Source: an uncultured Acidobacteriota bacterium (GTDB lineage: Bacteria > Acidobacteriota > Terriglobia > Acidiferrales > UBA7541). Taken from it: 64,000 nucleotides of DNA. Below the pieces are notes generated by a model. The model saw only the letters and a program-made list of their open reading frames with translations, did not search any database and had not been told where the DNA came from. Both the position numbers and the translations under genes were made by a program. The DNA is taken from positions 34,037 to 98,036 of the forward strand of contig CAVRAJ010000005.1 in NCBI GenBank assembly GCA_963718945.1. The letters are read 5' to 3'. Every line of letters starts with the position of its first letter. Position 1 is the first letter of the stretch. Below are positions 26,553 through 35,411 of this stretch, one piece after another.

Positions 26553-28193
26553 ATGCAGTATATTCTGTTTCGCAAGAACGAAAATTCGGACATGCTTGCG
26601 AACTCATTGTGTAGCGAATCTGATCTAGTTAGTGCCGCGCTTGGGTTAGGTGCTCGCAGCGTCGCGGGTTGGTCCCCGGAAGAGGAACAGTTGGCGGCCA
26701 AAGTCATGCCGCTTGCTCCGGATCTATCCGCACATATCGCTCGCCGAGTCCAAAGCGGAGGTGACCCGCTTGGCGCAGCCTTCGGTAGGTTACGCTCGCC
26801 GGAAAATAGACGCGCTTTGGGGGCCACTTTCACACCGAGCGTAATTGTGTCATCAATAGTGAACTGGGCGAAGGCGAAGCGCGTCGAACCCTTGCGAATC
26901 GTAGAACCAGGCGCAGGATCAGGACGTTTCCTGCTTGCCGCTGCTCGACGGTTCCCGAAAGCCGAGCTCGTCGGCGTCGAGCTTGACCCGCTACCCGCAA
27001 TGCTTGCGCGTGCGAACCTCGCTGCCGCAGGCCTCGCGCAGCGCTCACAAGTCCTGGTGAGCGACTTTCGCTTCACCGTTTTGCCGGCAGCCGCAGGGGT
27101 TACTCTATATCTTGGAAACCCGCCTTACGTCCGCCACCATCAAATTGATTCAACGGCGAAACAGTGGTTGACGAAGACGGCTGCGCAATTGGGTCACGAC
27201 TGTAGCCAATTGTCCGGTCTTCACGTGTACTTCTTTCTGGCCATCGCATTGAGAGCGCAGCCCGGAGACCTGGGCGCGTTCATTACATCGGCGGAATGGT
27301 TGGACGTGAATTATGGAAAACTGGTCCGTCAGTTGTTCTTGAAACAACTGGGCGGTGAGTCGCTCACCGTTATCGAGCCGACCGCTCTTCCATTCGAGGA
27401 TGCGGCGACAACCGGCGCTCTCTCGACGTTTATAGTCGGCTCCCGACCAACCAACATACGTGTGGCACGCGTCGCCAATACCAAATCACTAGGCGACTTA
27501 TCGGGGGGCCAAGGTATCCACCGTGGCCGGTTGGAGTCCGAGAGTCGCTGGTCGCACTTGACGCGAAAGCCGCGTTCGATACCAGAAGGTTATGTTGAGC
27601 TCGGTGAGCTTTGCCGCGTTCACAGGGGTCAAGTGACCGGCGCAAATCACGTGTGGATTGCTGGCCCGCACAGCCAAGACCTTCCCAAACGACTTCTCTT
27701 CCGAACTGTCACTCGCGCGAGAGAATTGTTCAAAGCCGACGGCGTGCTTTCAGACGGTTCGGTATTGCGCGACGTGATTGATCTTCCTGCCGACCTGGAC
27801 GAACTCGCGGACGACGAGCGAAAGGCCGTAGCTCGGTTCCTCAGTTACGCAAAAAAGATCGGTGCCCGTTCGGGGTATATCGCAAGAGCTCGAATGGCTT
27901 GGTGGTCGGTTGGATTGCGCTCACCAGCTCCAATCCTCGCGACGTACATGGCGCGAAAGCCGCCCGCATTTGTACTCAATCTTACGGAGGCCCGCCACCT
28001 CAATATCGCGCATGGGCTCTACCCGCGCGAAACTCTCGGCACGGAGGTTTTGGCCAAGCTCGCCAAATACTTGTCATGTGCCGTGTCGGTGACCGAGGGC
28101 CGCACCTATGCGGGTGGTCTTACAAAGTTCGAACCGAGAGAAATGGAACGGCTTATTGTTCCGAGTATCCCTCTACTGATCGCAACGGTCTGA
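26553..28193 (+). CDS. Type II N6-adenine DNA methyltransferase (gamma class, Eco57I-methylase-domain type) with a C-terminal target-recognition region
   Basis: SAM motif I-like IVEPGAGSGRFLL and catalytic motif IV LGNPPYVRH. 546 aa, immediately followed by a nuclease gene. Confidence 0.85.
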   Translation: MQYILFRKNENSDMLANSLCSESDLVSAALGLGARSVAGWSPEEEQLAAKVMPLAPDLSAHIARRVQSGGDPLGAAFGRLRSPENRRALGATFTPSVIVSSIVNWAKAKRVEPLRIVEPGAGSGRFLLAAARRFPKAELVGVELDPLPAMLARANLAAAGLAQRSQVLVSDFRFTVLPAAAGVTLYLGNPPYVRHHQIDSTAKQWLTKTAAQLGHDCSQLSGLHVYFFLAIALRAQPGDLGAFITSAEWLDVNYGKLVRQLFLKQLGGESLTVIEPTALPFEDAATTGALSTFIVGSRPTNIRVARVANTKSLGDLSGGQGIHRGRLESESRWSHLTRKPRSIPEGYVELGELCRVHRGQVTGANHVWIAGPHSQDLPKRLLFRTVTRARELFKADGVLSDGSVLRDVIDLPADLDELADDERKAVARFLSYAKKIGARSGYIARARMAWWSVGLRSPAPILATYMARKPPAFVLNLTEARHLNIAHGLYPRETLGTEVLAKLAKYLSCAVSVTEGRTYAGGLTKFEPREMERLIVPSIPLLIATV

Positions 28194-28195
28194 CG

Positions 28196-29137
28196 ATGCT
28201 CCTCACGCCACCCTGGAACGAAGAACGACTCCAATCTGAACGTAACAGAGCACAAGATATCTTTCGCAAGGAGCGCAGTCAGGAACCGCTTGAAGACTAC
28301 TTGGAGGTATTTGATCAATATCAAGGAGCGGTCGAGGAACTCCTCGAAACGACTGATGACTTGTCTACCCTCGACGAAAGCGGGCTTGCGGTCCTCACCA
28401 ATCCTGCATTGCTCGAAGCATTCCGTTATCTTGCGGGGCCGCCTATCTCAAGAGACGATCTGAAGATCTTATCTGACGCAGTGCTGAGTCCGGGAAGATT
28501 GAAAAATAACACCGAGATGGTCAAACGCCTCGTCGAAGTTGTCCGTGCCGGGCTCGACCGTCGTCGGTTTCCATGGATCGCCGAGCACCGAGAACCCACC
28601 GAATCTGAGCGTTCAGCGGCTGTGCTTGCCTCCGCTGCTTTAATTGCCACAAGCCGCGTCGGAACCTCACGTCGGAATGTGGGGAAAGACCGGCAAGAAG
28701 CACTTGTGAAGCAGGCGCTTATAGTGGCGGGCATGTCGCTCGTCCCGAACAGAGTGGTGAAGACGATAACTCAAGCACCGAGACCGGGTGAGTTCTGTAC
28801 AGAAAGCCTCCTTGGAAAACGCAAAGCCGACCTAATCGTCGGTCTGTACGACCAGCGCATCATGGCCATTGAGTGCAAGGTATCAAACTCCGCAACGAAC
28901 TCGGTCAAAAGGTTGAACAACGACGCGGCCGCAAAGGCGGAAGTCTGGCTCCACGAGTTCGGAAGAGCGAACATTGTGCCGACCGCGGTTCTCAGTGGTG
29001 TCTACAAAACGCATAACCTCATGACCGCCCAGGAACGAGGGCTAACACTCTTTTGGGCGCATGACATTGCCACGATGATCGACTGGATTCAGGCAACGCG
29101 CGGCAAACAGGAAATCAAGCGTTCCCCGAGGATGTGA
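28196..29137 (+). CDS. Type II restriction endonuclease, PD-(D/E)XK fold (XamI-family-like)
   Basis: The start is set at ATG 28196, 2 nt after the methylase stop. The ...KADLIVGLYDQRIMAIECKVSNSATNSVKRLNND... core fits a D...E-x-K nuclease motif. The overall sequence recalls proteins annotated as XamI-family REases, but that family assignment is from memory. Confidence 0.6.
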   Translation: MLLTPPWNEERLQSERNRAQDIFRKERSQEPLEDYLEVFDQYQGAVEELLETTDDLSTLDESGLAVLTNPALLEAFRYLAGPPISRDDLKILSDAVLSPGRLKNNTEMVKRLVEVVRAGLDRRRFPWIAEHREPTESERSAAVLASAALIATSRVGTSRRNVGKDRQEALVKQALIVAGMSLVPNRVVKTITQAPRPGEFCTESLLGKRKADLIVGLYDQRIMAIECKVSNSATNSVKRLNNDAAAKAEVWLHEFGRANIVPTAVLSGVYKTHNLMTAQERGLTLFWAHDIATMIDWIQATRGKQEIKRSPRM

Positions 29138-29670
29138 CATCCCGCATGCCACACTCCTGCCGCTCTTACAAGGCTGCGAGCTAACCGCTACTCTCCAACC
29201 TCCAGCTTCTAGAACACTTTTCCACACATTTCCACACCCGTATCAAACCACTAACCTCTTCGCCAACTCCTTCCACCCCCGCAACTTCCGCAACCCCCAT
29301 TCGAACCAGGCCTCCTCGTTCGAATCACCGTGAAGTACATCAAGAAATGTATTGACAACTAGTTACTATCGCGCTACCATGTCTTGTGAGTGTTAGGCGC
29401 TGTCTCTTTCTGACGATACCTTCGTCTCAGCGCCACCTCCGCGCCCACCCCAAAGCTTGCCCCCCTCTTCCTTCTGTAGGCTGTCAACTGTCGGTTGTCA
29501 GCTCTCGTACAGCTCCTTTCCCTGCCACTCTTACAACCCCTCCGCAAATCGCTGAAAACTCAGCAATTTTAAGTCCTGTCATTGCCACTCTTACGCGTTT
29601 TGTTACACATAAGCCCTTTCTTTGCCACTCTTGCAAAAAAACACCGGGGTGGGGTATTCCCCGCCTCCCA

Positions 29671-30207
29671 ATGGAGAAAAAAATGAAAGCGCAGTCCGCC
29701 AACACCGATTCCCTCGATGACTCCACCCGTTGCCAGCACCTGACGCCTTCCGGCCGCCGTTGCAAACTTCCCGTCGAAGCCTCTGGCAAGCTTCTCTGTT
29801 ACACTCACGCCGTCGAGCTAAAGAAGTCCGACGTCCTCAATCTCAAGACAGCGCTTCTCACCGATTATCAAGGCTTCCAAACTGCCCAGGGCATCAACTA
29901 TTCCCTCGGCAACCTCTACAAACTCCTCGCCGCCAATTACATCTCCCCTCGCCGCGCCTCCGTCCTCGCTTACATCAACAGCCTCCAGCTCCGCACCCTT
30001 CCCGCCATCGATGCCGACAGAGAGGCTGGCATTACCGACCCCACCGCCCCCAAGAAAGTGGAACCCGCGGAAGACTCTTGTCCGGCGAATGCGGATTCGG
30101 AGAAGATCTGCATAACCGCTGCTCCTGCATCGAACAACTGTGCGAATCCCGCGCCCGGTTGGGACGCTTCCATCCCCGAACCCGACCCCACAAAGAAACC
30201 CTCATGA
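29671..30207 (+). CDS. Hypothetical protein with an N-terminal CX8CX13CX2H knuckle; belongs to a family that appears recurrent in Acidobacteria
   Basis: MEKKMKAQS...STRCQHLTPSGRRCKLPVEASGKLLCYTHAVE... then a helical region (ISPRRASVLAYINSLQLRTL) and a Pro/Ala-rich tail. The tracked ORF start at 29386 runs through a repeat-rich leader and is unlikely to be real. Confidence 0.5.
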   Translation: MEKKMKAQSANTDSLDDSTRCQHLTPSGRRCKLPVEASGKLLCYTHAVELKKSDVLNLKTALLTDYQGFQTAQGINYSLGNLYKLLAANYISPRRASVLAYINSLQLRTLPAIDADREAGITDPTAPKKVEPAEDSCPANADSEKICITAAPASNNCANPAPGWDASIPEPDPTKKPS

Positions 30208-30235
30208 CCACCGCAGACACGCTCGTTCCCCCGTG

Positions 30236-30257
30236 GCACAGCCAATCTTGGCTGTGC
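30236..30257. repeat. REP-like palindrome, family 2 (GCACAGCCAATCTTGGCTGTGC)
   Basis: 10-bp arms. Related hairpins occur at 31989-32010 (AGCACAGACTTCAGTCTGTGCT), and split halves at 26047-26057 and 26096-26110. Confidence 0.75.
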
Positions 30258-30421
30258 TCTGTCCGCCTCCTACTTGGTATGGCTCACGGGTCACGGACCA
30301 CGAATCGCCAGCCCCAAGTCAACAATCACGACTCTTTGACTCCGCCGCCCCCCGCAACATACAATCGCGCCGGATTCTGGGGATGCTACACAATCCAATT
30401 CGACAGGTGGGGGACAACGCA

Positions 30422-31987
30422 ATGAAAAAGTATTTGTGGATTTTTGTGTCAGGCCTTTTCTTATGCTTTGGCCAGGCCGCGCGCGTGGCAGCTCAAGCGC
30501 CGGAACACGAAGGGCATGCGCCGGAAGCCAAATCGCCTGATAAGTGCGACGCCGCTGAGAAAAAGGAAGAATCTTCCGTAACCGATCACACCATCCGCAT
30601 CGGCGGCCAAACCATTCCTTACAAAGCTACCGCAAGCACCACGCTACTAAAGAACGATAAAGGCGACGCCACGGGACTCATGTACTCCGTCGCATACACG
30701 CGCAGCGACGTGAAAGATTTGACCACCCGCCCCATCTCCTTCCTTTATAACGGCGGTCCCGGCTCTGCCACCATGTGGCTGCACATGGGCGCTTTCGGTC
30801 CTCGCCGCGTCTGGACCGTCAACGGCACGTTCACTCCTCCTGCTCCTTACAAGCTCGTCGACAATACCGAGAGCCTGCTCGATAAAACCGATCTCGTCTT
30901 TATCGACGCCATGGGCACCGGTTACAGCCACGCCGTCTGCAAAGCGCAGGAAAAAGACTTTTACGGCATCGATGAAGACATCGAGGCCTTCGGACAATTC
31001 ATCGACACCTACCTGAGCCGCAATGATCGCTGGAATTCTCCCAAGTTTCTGATTGGTGAGAGCTATGGCACCTTCCGTTCCGCAGCTCTCGGCAATTACT
31101 TGCAGAACCATTACACCATCCACTTGAACGGCATCGTTCTGATCTCCTCCGTCCTCGATCTTTCCACCATCACCTTTCCGACCGGCGATGACCGTTCCTA
31201 TATCTACTACCTACCGAGTTACGCCGCCGTGGCGTGGTACCACAAAGTCTTGAAAGACCGCCCCGCCGATTTGCCGGCATTCATCGAAGAAGCTCGCAAG
31301 TACGCGCAGGGAGACTACGCCGCCGCGCTCTTCAAGGGCGCCGAACTCCCCGCCGATGAAAAAGCCGCCGTGGCCAAAAAACTCTCCTCTCTTACCGGGC
31401 TGAGTGAAGACTACATAATGAAAGCCGATCTTCGCGTATCCCTGCCGCAATTCATGGCCGAACTCCAGCGCAGCCGTGGTCTTACCACTGGACGTATTGA
31501 TGCCCGCTTCTCCGGCTACACGGCTGATCTTCTCGAGGAATACGCCCAAGGCGATCCCGAAGGCCCGGCCGTCGGCGGCGCATATACGGCGCTCATCAAT
31601 GCCTACAATCACGACGAGCTCAAATTTGGAAAGGATGAGGTCTATCACAACACCAGCGGCGGCGGTGGCACCTGGAACTGGACTCGCAAAGCCAGAGGGC
31701 CTCGCGGATTTTTCCCGAGTGGGCCGAACGTCGAAGGCGATCTCGCGCAAGCCATGATCACCAATCCCAAGCTGCTCGTGCAAGTGGAGAACGGCTACTT
31801 TGATATGGCCACGCCATTTTTCGCCACCGAATTTACGATGGAGCACCTCGGCTTGCCCGCCGACCTCCAGAAAAACGTCACACTGGATTATTACGACGCC
31901 GGCCACATGATGTACCTGCATGACGCGGACCGTGTGAGCCTGCACAACCACATCGCCAGCCTGATCGACCGCGCCACCAAGGAGTAG
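30422..31987 (+). CDS. Secreted serine carboxypeptidase, peptidase family S10
   Basis: Signal peptide MKKYLWIFVSGLFLCFGQAARVAAQA, LYNGGPGSA, the nucleophile motif GESYGTF, and C-terminal YYDAGHMMY (catalytic His region). Confidence 0.85.
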   Translation: MKKYLWIFVSGLFLCFGQAARVAAQAPEHEGHAPEAKSPDKCDAAEKKEESSVTDHTIRIGGQTIPYKATASTTLLKNDKGDATGLMYSVAYTRSDVKDLTTRPISFLYNGGPGSATMWLHMGAFGPRRVWTVNGTFTPPAPYKLVDNTESLLDKTDLVFIDAMGTGYSHAVCKAQEKDFYGIDEDIEAFGQFIDTYLSRNDRWNSPKFLIGESYGTFRSAALGNYLQNHYTIHLNGIVLISSVLDLSTITFPTGDDRSYIYYLPSYAAVAWYHKVLKDRPADLPAFIEEARKYAQGDYAAALFKGAELPADEKAAVAKKLSSLTGLSEDYIMKADLRVSLPQFMAELQRSRGLTTGRIDARFSGYTADLLEEYAQGDPEGPAVGGAYTALINAYNHDELKFGKDEVYHNTSGGGGTWNWTRKARGPRGFFPSGPNVEGDLAQAMITNPKLLVQVENGYFDMATPFFATEFTMEHLGLPADLQKNVTLDYYDAGHMMYLHDADRVSLHNHIASLIDRATKE

Positions 31988-31988
31988 T

Positions 31989-32010
31989 AGCACAGACTTC
32001 AGTCTGTGCT
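31989..32010. terminator. Hairpin between convergent genes (REP family 2 member), likely a bidirectional terminator
   Basis: AGCACAGACT TC AGTCTGTGCT lies 2 nt after the S10 peptidase stop. There is no strong T-tract. Confidence 0.45.
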
Positions 32011-32125
32011 CCGATCGCAGCGATGGAATTATGAGGAGCTAGAAACAGAGAACGAGGCGACGAATAGAAAAGGAAGCAAGCAAAGTAAAGGCCTGCTTTC
32101 CTTCGAGAAGTTTCGAGAAGTTCGG

Positions 32126-33751
32126 TCAGGAAGCTTTTGCTTCGGCGTACGCGGCAAATTCTTCGTACGGGCCCTTGAAGTCTTCGATTTTGCCGCCCTC
32201 GAAATGCCAGATGCGCGTGGCGACTTCGTCGATCACGTCGTGATCGTGCGTTACAAGCAGCACGGTTCCGTCATAACGCTGCAAAGCGATGTTAAGCGCA
32301 TTGATGGATTCGAGATCAAGGTGGTTGGTCGGTTCGTCGAGCACCAGGAAATTCGGCTTTTGCAACATGAGCCGGCAGAAAATCAGCCGCGCCCTCTCGC
32401 CGCCAGAAAGCGCGTTCGTCGGCTTCAGCGCATCTTCGCCGCTGAAAAGCATCTGACCCATCAGCCCGCGCAGCTCCTGCTGGTTGGCGGATGGGTCGAA
32501 CTGCCAGAGCCACTCGATGGCCGTAGTGCCTTTCGTGATGGACTCACCATGGTCCTGCGCGAAATAGCCCACGGCGACTTCGTGGCCCCATTTCGTTTCG
32601 CCGCCGTCGATCTTGAACTGGCGGTCGTCATCTTCAATGAAGCCGGGCGCGTTGAGGACCAGCGATTTCAGCAGCGTGGTTTTTCCGGCGCCGTTGCGGC
32701 CCATGAGCGCGATTTTTTCTCCGCGCGTTACGGCCGCTGAAAATCGCGGAATCACTTTCAGGTCGCCGTAGGATTTTTCGACGCTGCGGATTTCGAGAGG
32801 ATGCTTTCCGGAATTCCGCTTCATGTCGAATTTGATGTACGGCCGCTGAATGTTCGAGCGAGCCAGTTCGGTGGTTTGCAGGCGCTCGACTTCTTTTTTG
32901 CGCGAGGTGGCTTGTGCGGAACGCGTGCCCGCTGAAAACCGCGCGATGAAATCGTTGAGTTGCGCGATTTTCTTTTCGCGATTCGCATTCTCCGATTCGA
33001 TGCGCGTGCGGACATGCGTTTTCGCCACGACCATGTCGTCGTAGCCGCCGACGTACATGATGATCGTTTCGTAATCGATATCCGCGGTATGCGTGCAAAC
33101 GCTGTTGAGAAAATGCCGGTCGTGTGAAATCACGATGAGCACGCCTTCGTAGTCCGTCAGATAGCGCTGCAGCCAGTGCACGGAATCGAGGTCGAGGTTG
33201 TTGGTGGGCTCGTCGAGCAGCAGAGCGGTGGGATTTCCGAAAAGAGCTTGCGCAAGGAGCACGCGCACCTTTTGACCGCCCTGCAGTTCGCCCATTTTAC
33301 GTTCGTGAAATGTGCTCTCGATGCCGAGGCCGTCGAGCAGCGTTCCGGCGTCGGATTCGGCGGTGTAGCCGCCCTCTTCGCCGACGATGCCTTCGAGTTC
33401 GCCGAGGCGCATGCCGTCCGCGTCGGTCAATTCCTCGTGGGGTTTGGCGTAAAGCGCGTCGCGCTCTTCGAGCGCTTTCCAGAGCGAGGCGTTGCCCATG
33501 ATGACGGTGTCGATCACGCGAAATTGGTCGAATGCAAACTGATCCTGGCGCAGAACGCCCATTTTTTTCGGGCGTGTGATGGAGCCTTTAGTAGGCTCGA
33601 GTTCGCCGGTGAGGATTTTCATGAACGTGGACTTGCCGGCGCCATTTGGGCCGGTGACGGCGTAGCGGCGTCCAGCCATGAAGGTGCAGGTAACATCCTC
33701 GAAGAGGACCCGGGGACCGAAACGCATGGAGATATTATTGACCGTGAGCAT
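32126..33751 (-). CDS. ybiT: ABC-F family ATPase (YbiT-like translation factor)
   Basis: Two ABC cassettes with no TM domain. The N-terminus MLTVNNISMRFGPRVLFEDV...GPNGAGKSTFMKILTGELEPT...LRQDQFAF parallels E. coli YbiT. Confidence 0.9.
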   Translation of the reverse strand: MLTVNNISMRFGPRVLFEDVTCTFMAGRRYAVTGPNGAGKSTFMKILTGELEPTKGSITRPKKMGVLRQDQFAFDQFRVIDTVIMGNASLWKALEERDALYAKPHEELTDADGMRLGELEGIVGEEGGYTAESDAGTLLDGLGIESTFHERKMGELQGGQKVRVLLAQALFGNPTALLLDEPTNNLDLDSVHWLQRYLTDYEGVLIVISHDRHFLNSVCTHTADIDYETIIMYVGGYDDMVVAKTHVRTRIESENANREKKIAQLNDFIARFSAGTRSAQATSRKKEVERLQTTELARSNIQRPYIKFDMKRNSGKHPLEIRSVEKSYGDLKVIPRFSAAVTRGEKIALMGRNGAGKTTLLKSLVLNAPGFIEDDDRQFKIDGGETKWGHEVAVGYFAQDHGESITKGTTAIEWLWQFDPSANQQELRGLMGQMLFSGEDALKPTNALSGGERARLIFCRLMLQKPNFLVLDEPTNHLDLESINALNIALQRYDGTVLLVTHDHDVIDEVATRIWHFEGGKIEDFKGPYEEFAAYAEAKAS

Positions 33752-33870
33752 AACCCTCTTATTGTAGCGTGAAATTGTTGCGTGCGCTTGTCACAGTTTG
33801 TTGCAGCCTGTACATTTGTCGCGCTGCAAAAGGGCGATTCGACGGGCGAAGGGAAAATGATTTTACTCTG

Positions 33871-35229
33871 ATGAAAAAGGCGATTCAAAAGGCGGCGACT
33901 TCGCTGGCGCTGATTGTGATCGTGGCGATGGGTGTCCGCATGGCATATGCGCGGGACCAGGCGCGGAAAATTCCCCCAGGAGTTCTGGGGATTGTTCCGT
34001 TTCAGCAGGAGACGGGGAACATCGCGGCGGCTTTGGCGCGCGGCGCGGGATTCAGCGACGTATATCGAACGAATACGGGGCCGACGGCGTGGCTGGCGCC
34101 GGTGTACCCGCTGATTGTGGCGGGGATGTTCAAGATTTGTGGAGTTTTTACGACGAGGGCGTTTTTTGCGTGCGTCGCGCTCAATATTCTTTTTTCATCG
34201 GCGGCGTGCGTGCCGATTTATTACTCGGGAAAAAAAATCAAAGGACTAGGAGTGGCGAGCGGGGCGGCTTGGCTTTGGGCGATTTTCCCGAATGCGATTT
34301 TGATGCCGTTTGAATGGATTTGGGATACGTCGCTCTCGGCGCTGCTAGCCGCGATTATTTTGTGGGCGACATTTGAGCTGGCGGAGTCGGAGCGGGTACG
34401 GGATTGGTGCGGATACGGATTGTTGTGGGGATTGTCGCTGATGACGAATCCGGCGCTGGGGGCGCTGCTACCGTTTCTATTGGCTTGGGCGGTGTGGCGC
34501 GGGCGGGGAGCGAGCAGCTTCCGGTGGAAACGAGCGGGGCTGGCGGCCGGGCTGGCCATATTGTGCTGTGTGCCGTGGACAGTTCGCAACTACGTTGCAT
34601 TTCATCGGTTGATTCCGCTGCGATCGAATTTGCCGTTTGAATTGTGGCTGGGGAATAACGACATTTTCGATCCGGGTGCGCGCGGCGGCAGGATGTCGAT
34701 TACGAGAACGGAAGAGGCGAGAACGTACACGCGGATGGGTGAGACGGCTTACATGCAGGAGAAATGGAGGCTCGCAACTTCGTTCATAGAGTCGCATCCG
34801 AACTTGGAAATGCAACTGACAGGGAAGAAGTTCGTGAAATTTTGGATGGGGATGGAATCGCCGGTTAAGAATTTTCTAGAGACGGATTCGTGGTTGATAC
34901 GGGGGATTTTGCTGGCGGACTTCTTGAGTGCGATGGGGGCATTGTTGGGCATTGTGGTGTTGTGGGCAGGGCAGAAAAAGCTAACGCAGAGACGCAGAGT
35001 ACATGGAGAAAGCGCAGAGGCGGAGAAGGACGGAGCCGGGGAAACGGCGAGAAGCCCTGTCTTTCCGCTGGCTGTGTTTCCTGTGGTTTTTCCGTGTTTG
35101 TATTATGTGACGCATGCGGATTTGCGTTATCGGCATGCGATTGATCCGATTGTTTTGTTGTTGACTACGATTGCCGTCGCGGAGGCCTACGGCAACGTGA
35201 AGACGCTTGTGCGGGCCCGCAAGCAATAG
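33871..35229 (+). CDS. Polytopic membrane glycosyltransferase, GT39/ArnT (PMT_2)-like
   Basis: More than 10 TM helices, and an N-terminal loop with an acidic/aromatic motif typical of GT-C enzymes. The start is set at ATG 33871 (MKKAIQKAATS...). Confidence 0.65.
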   Translation: MKKAIQKAATSLALIVIVAMGVRMAYARDQARKIPPGVLGIVPFQQETGNIAAALARGAGFSDVYRTNTGPTAWLAPVYPLIVAGMFKICGVFTTRAFFACVALNILFSSAACVPIYYSGKKIKGLGVASGAAWLWAIFPNAILMPFEWIWDTSLSALLAAIILWATFELAESERVRDWCGYGLLWGLSLMTNPALGALLPFLLAWAVWRGRGASSFRWKRAGLAAGLAILCCVPWTVRNYVAFHRLIPLRSNLPFELWLGNNDIFDPGARGGRMSITRTEEARTYTRMGETAYMQEKWRLATSFIESHPNLEMQLTGKKFVKFWMGMESPVKNFLETDSWLIRGILLADFLSAMGALLGIVVLWAGQKKLTQRRRVHGESAEAEKDGAGETARSPVFPLAVFPVVFPCLYYVTHADLRYRHAIDPIVLLLTTIAVAEAYGNVKTLVRARKQ

Positions 35230-35411
35230 CCGAGGAACCTTGCCACGATGACGCTAAATCACGGGAGAGTTGAACACAGAGGCCAGCCTCAGAATGGGGG
35301 TCTAACCCGTGGTTGCGAGGGGGCTGGCTCGTTGTCAGGAATGGAGGCGGATGCAACGGCGAGGAGAGACGATCAAAATGAGGGAAGGCTTGCCGCCATA
35401 CGCTGTCGGGT

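Noticed and set aside
27899-28195. N-terminal 99 aa of tracked ORF 27899..29137
   Set aside because: It overlaps the 3' end of the methyltransferase gene in another frame. An ATG at 28196, 2 nt after the methylase stop, gives a sensible nuclease start.
32006-33772. + strand ORFs 32006..32740 and 33176..33772
   Set aside because: They are antisense shadows of the ABC-F ATPase gene.
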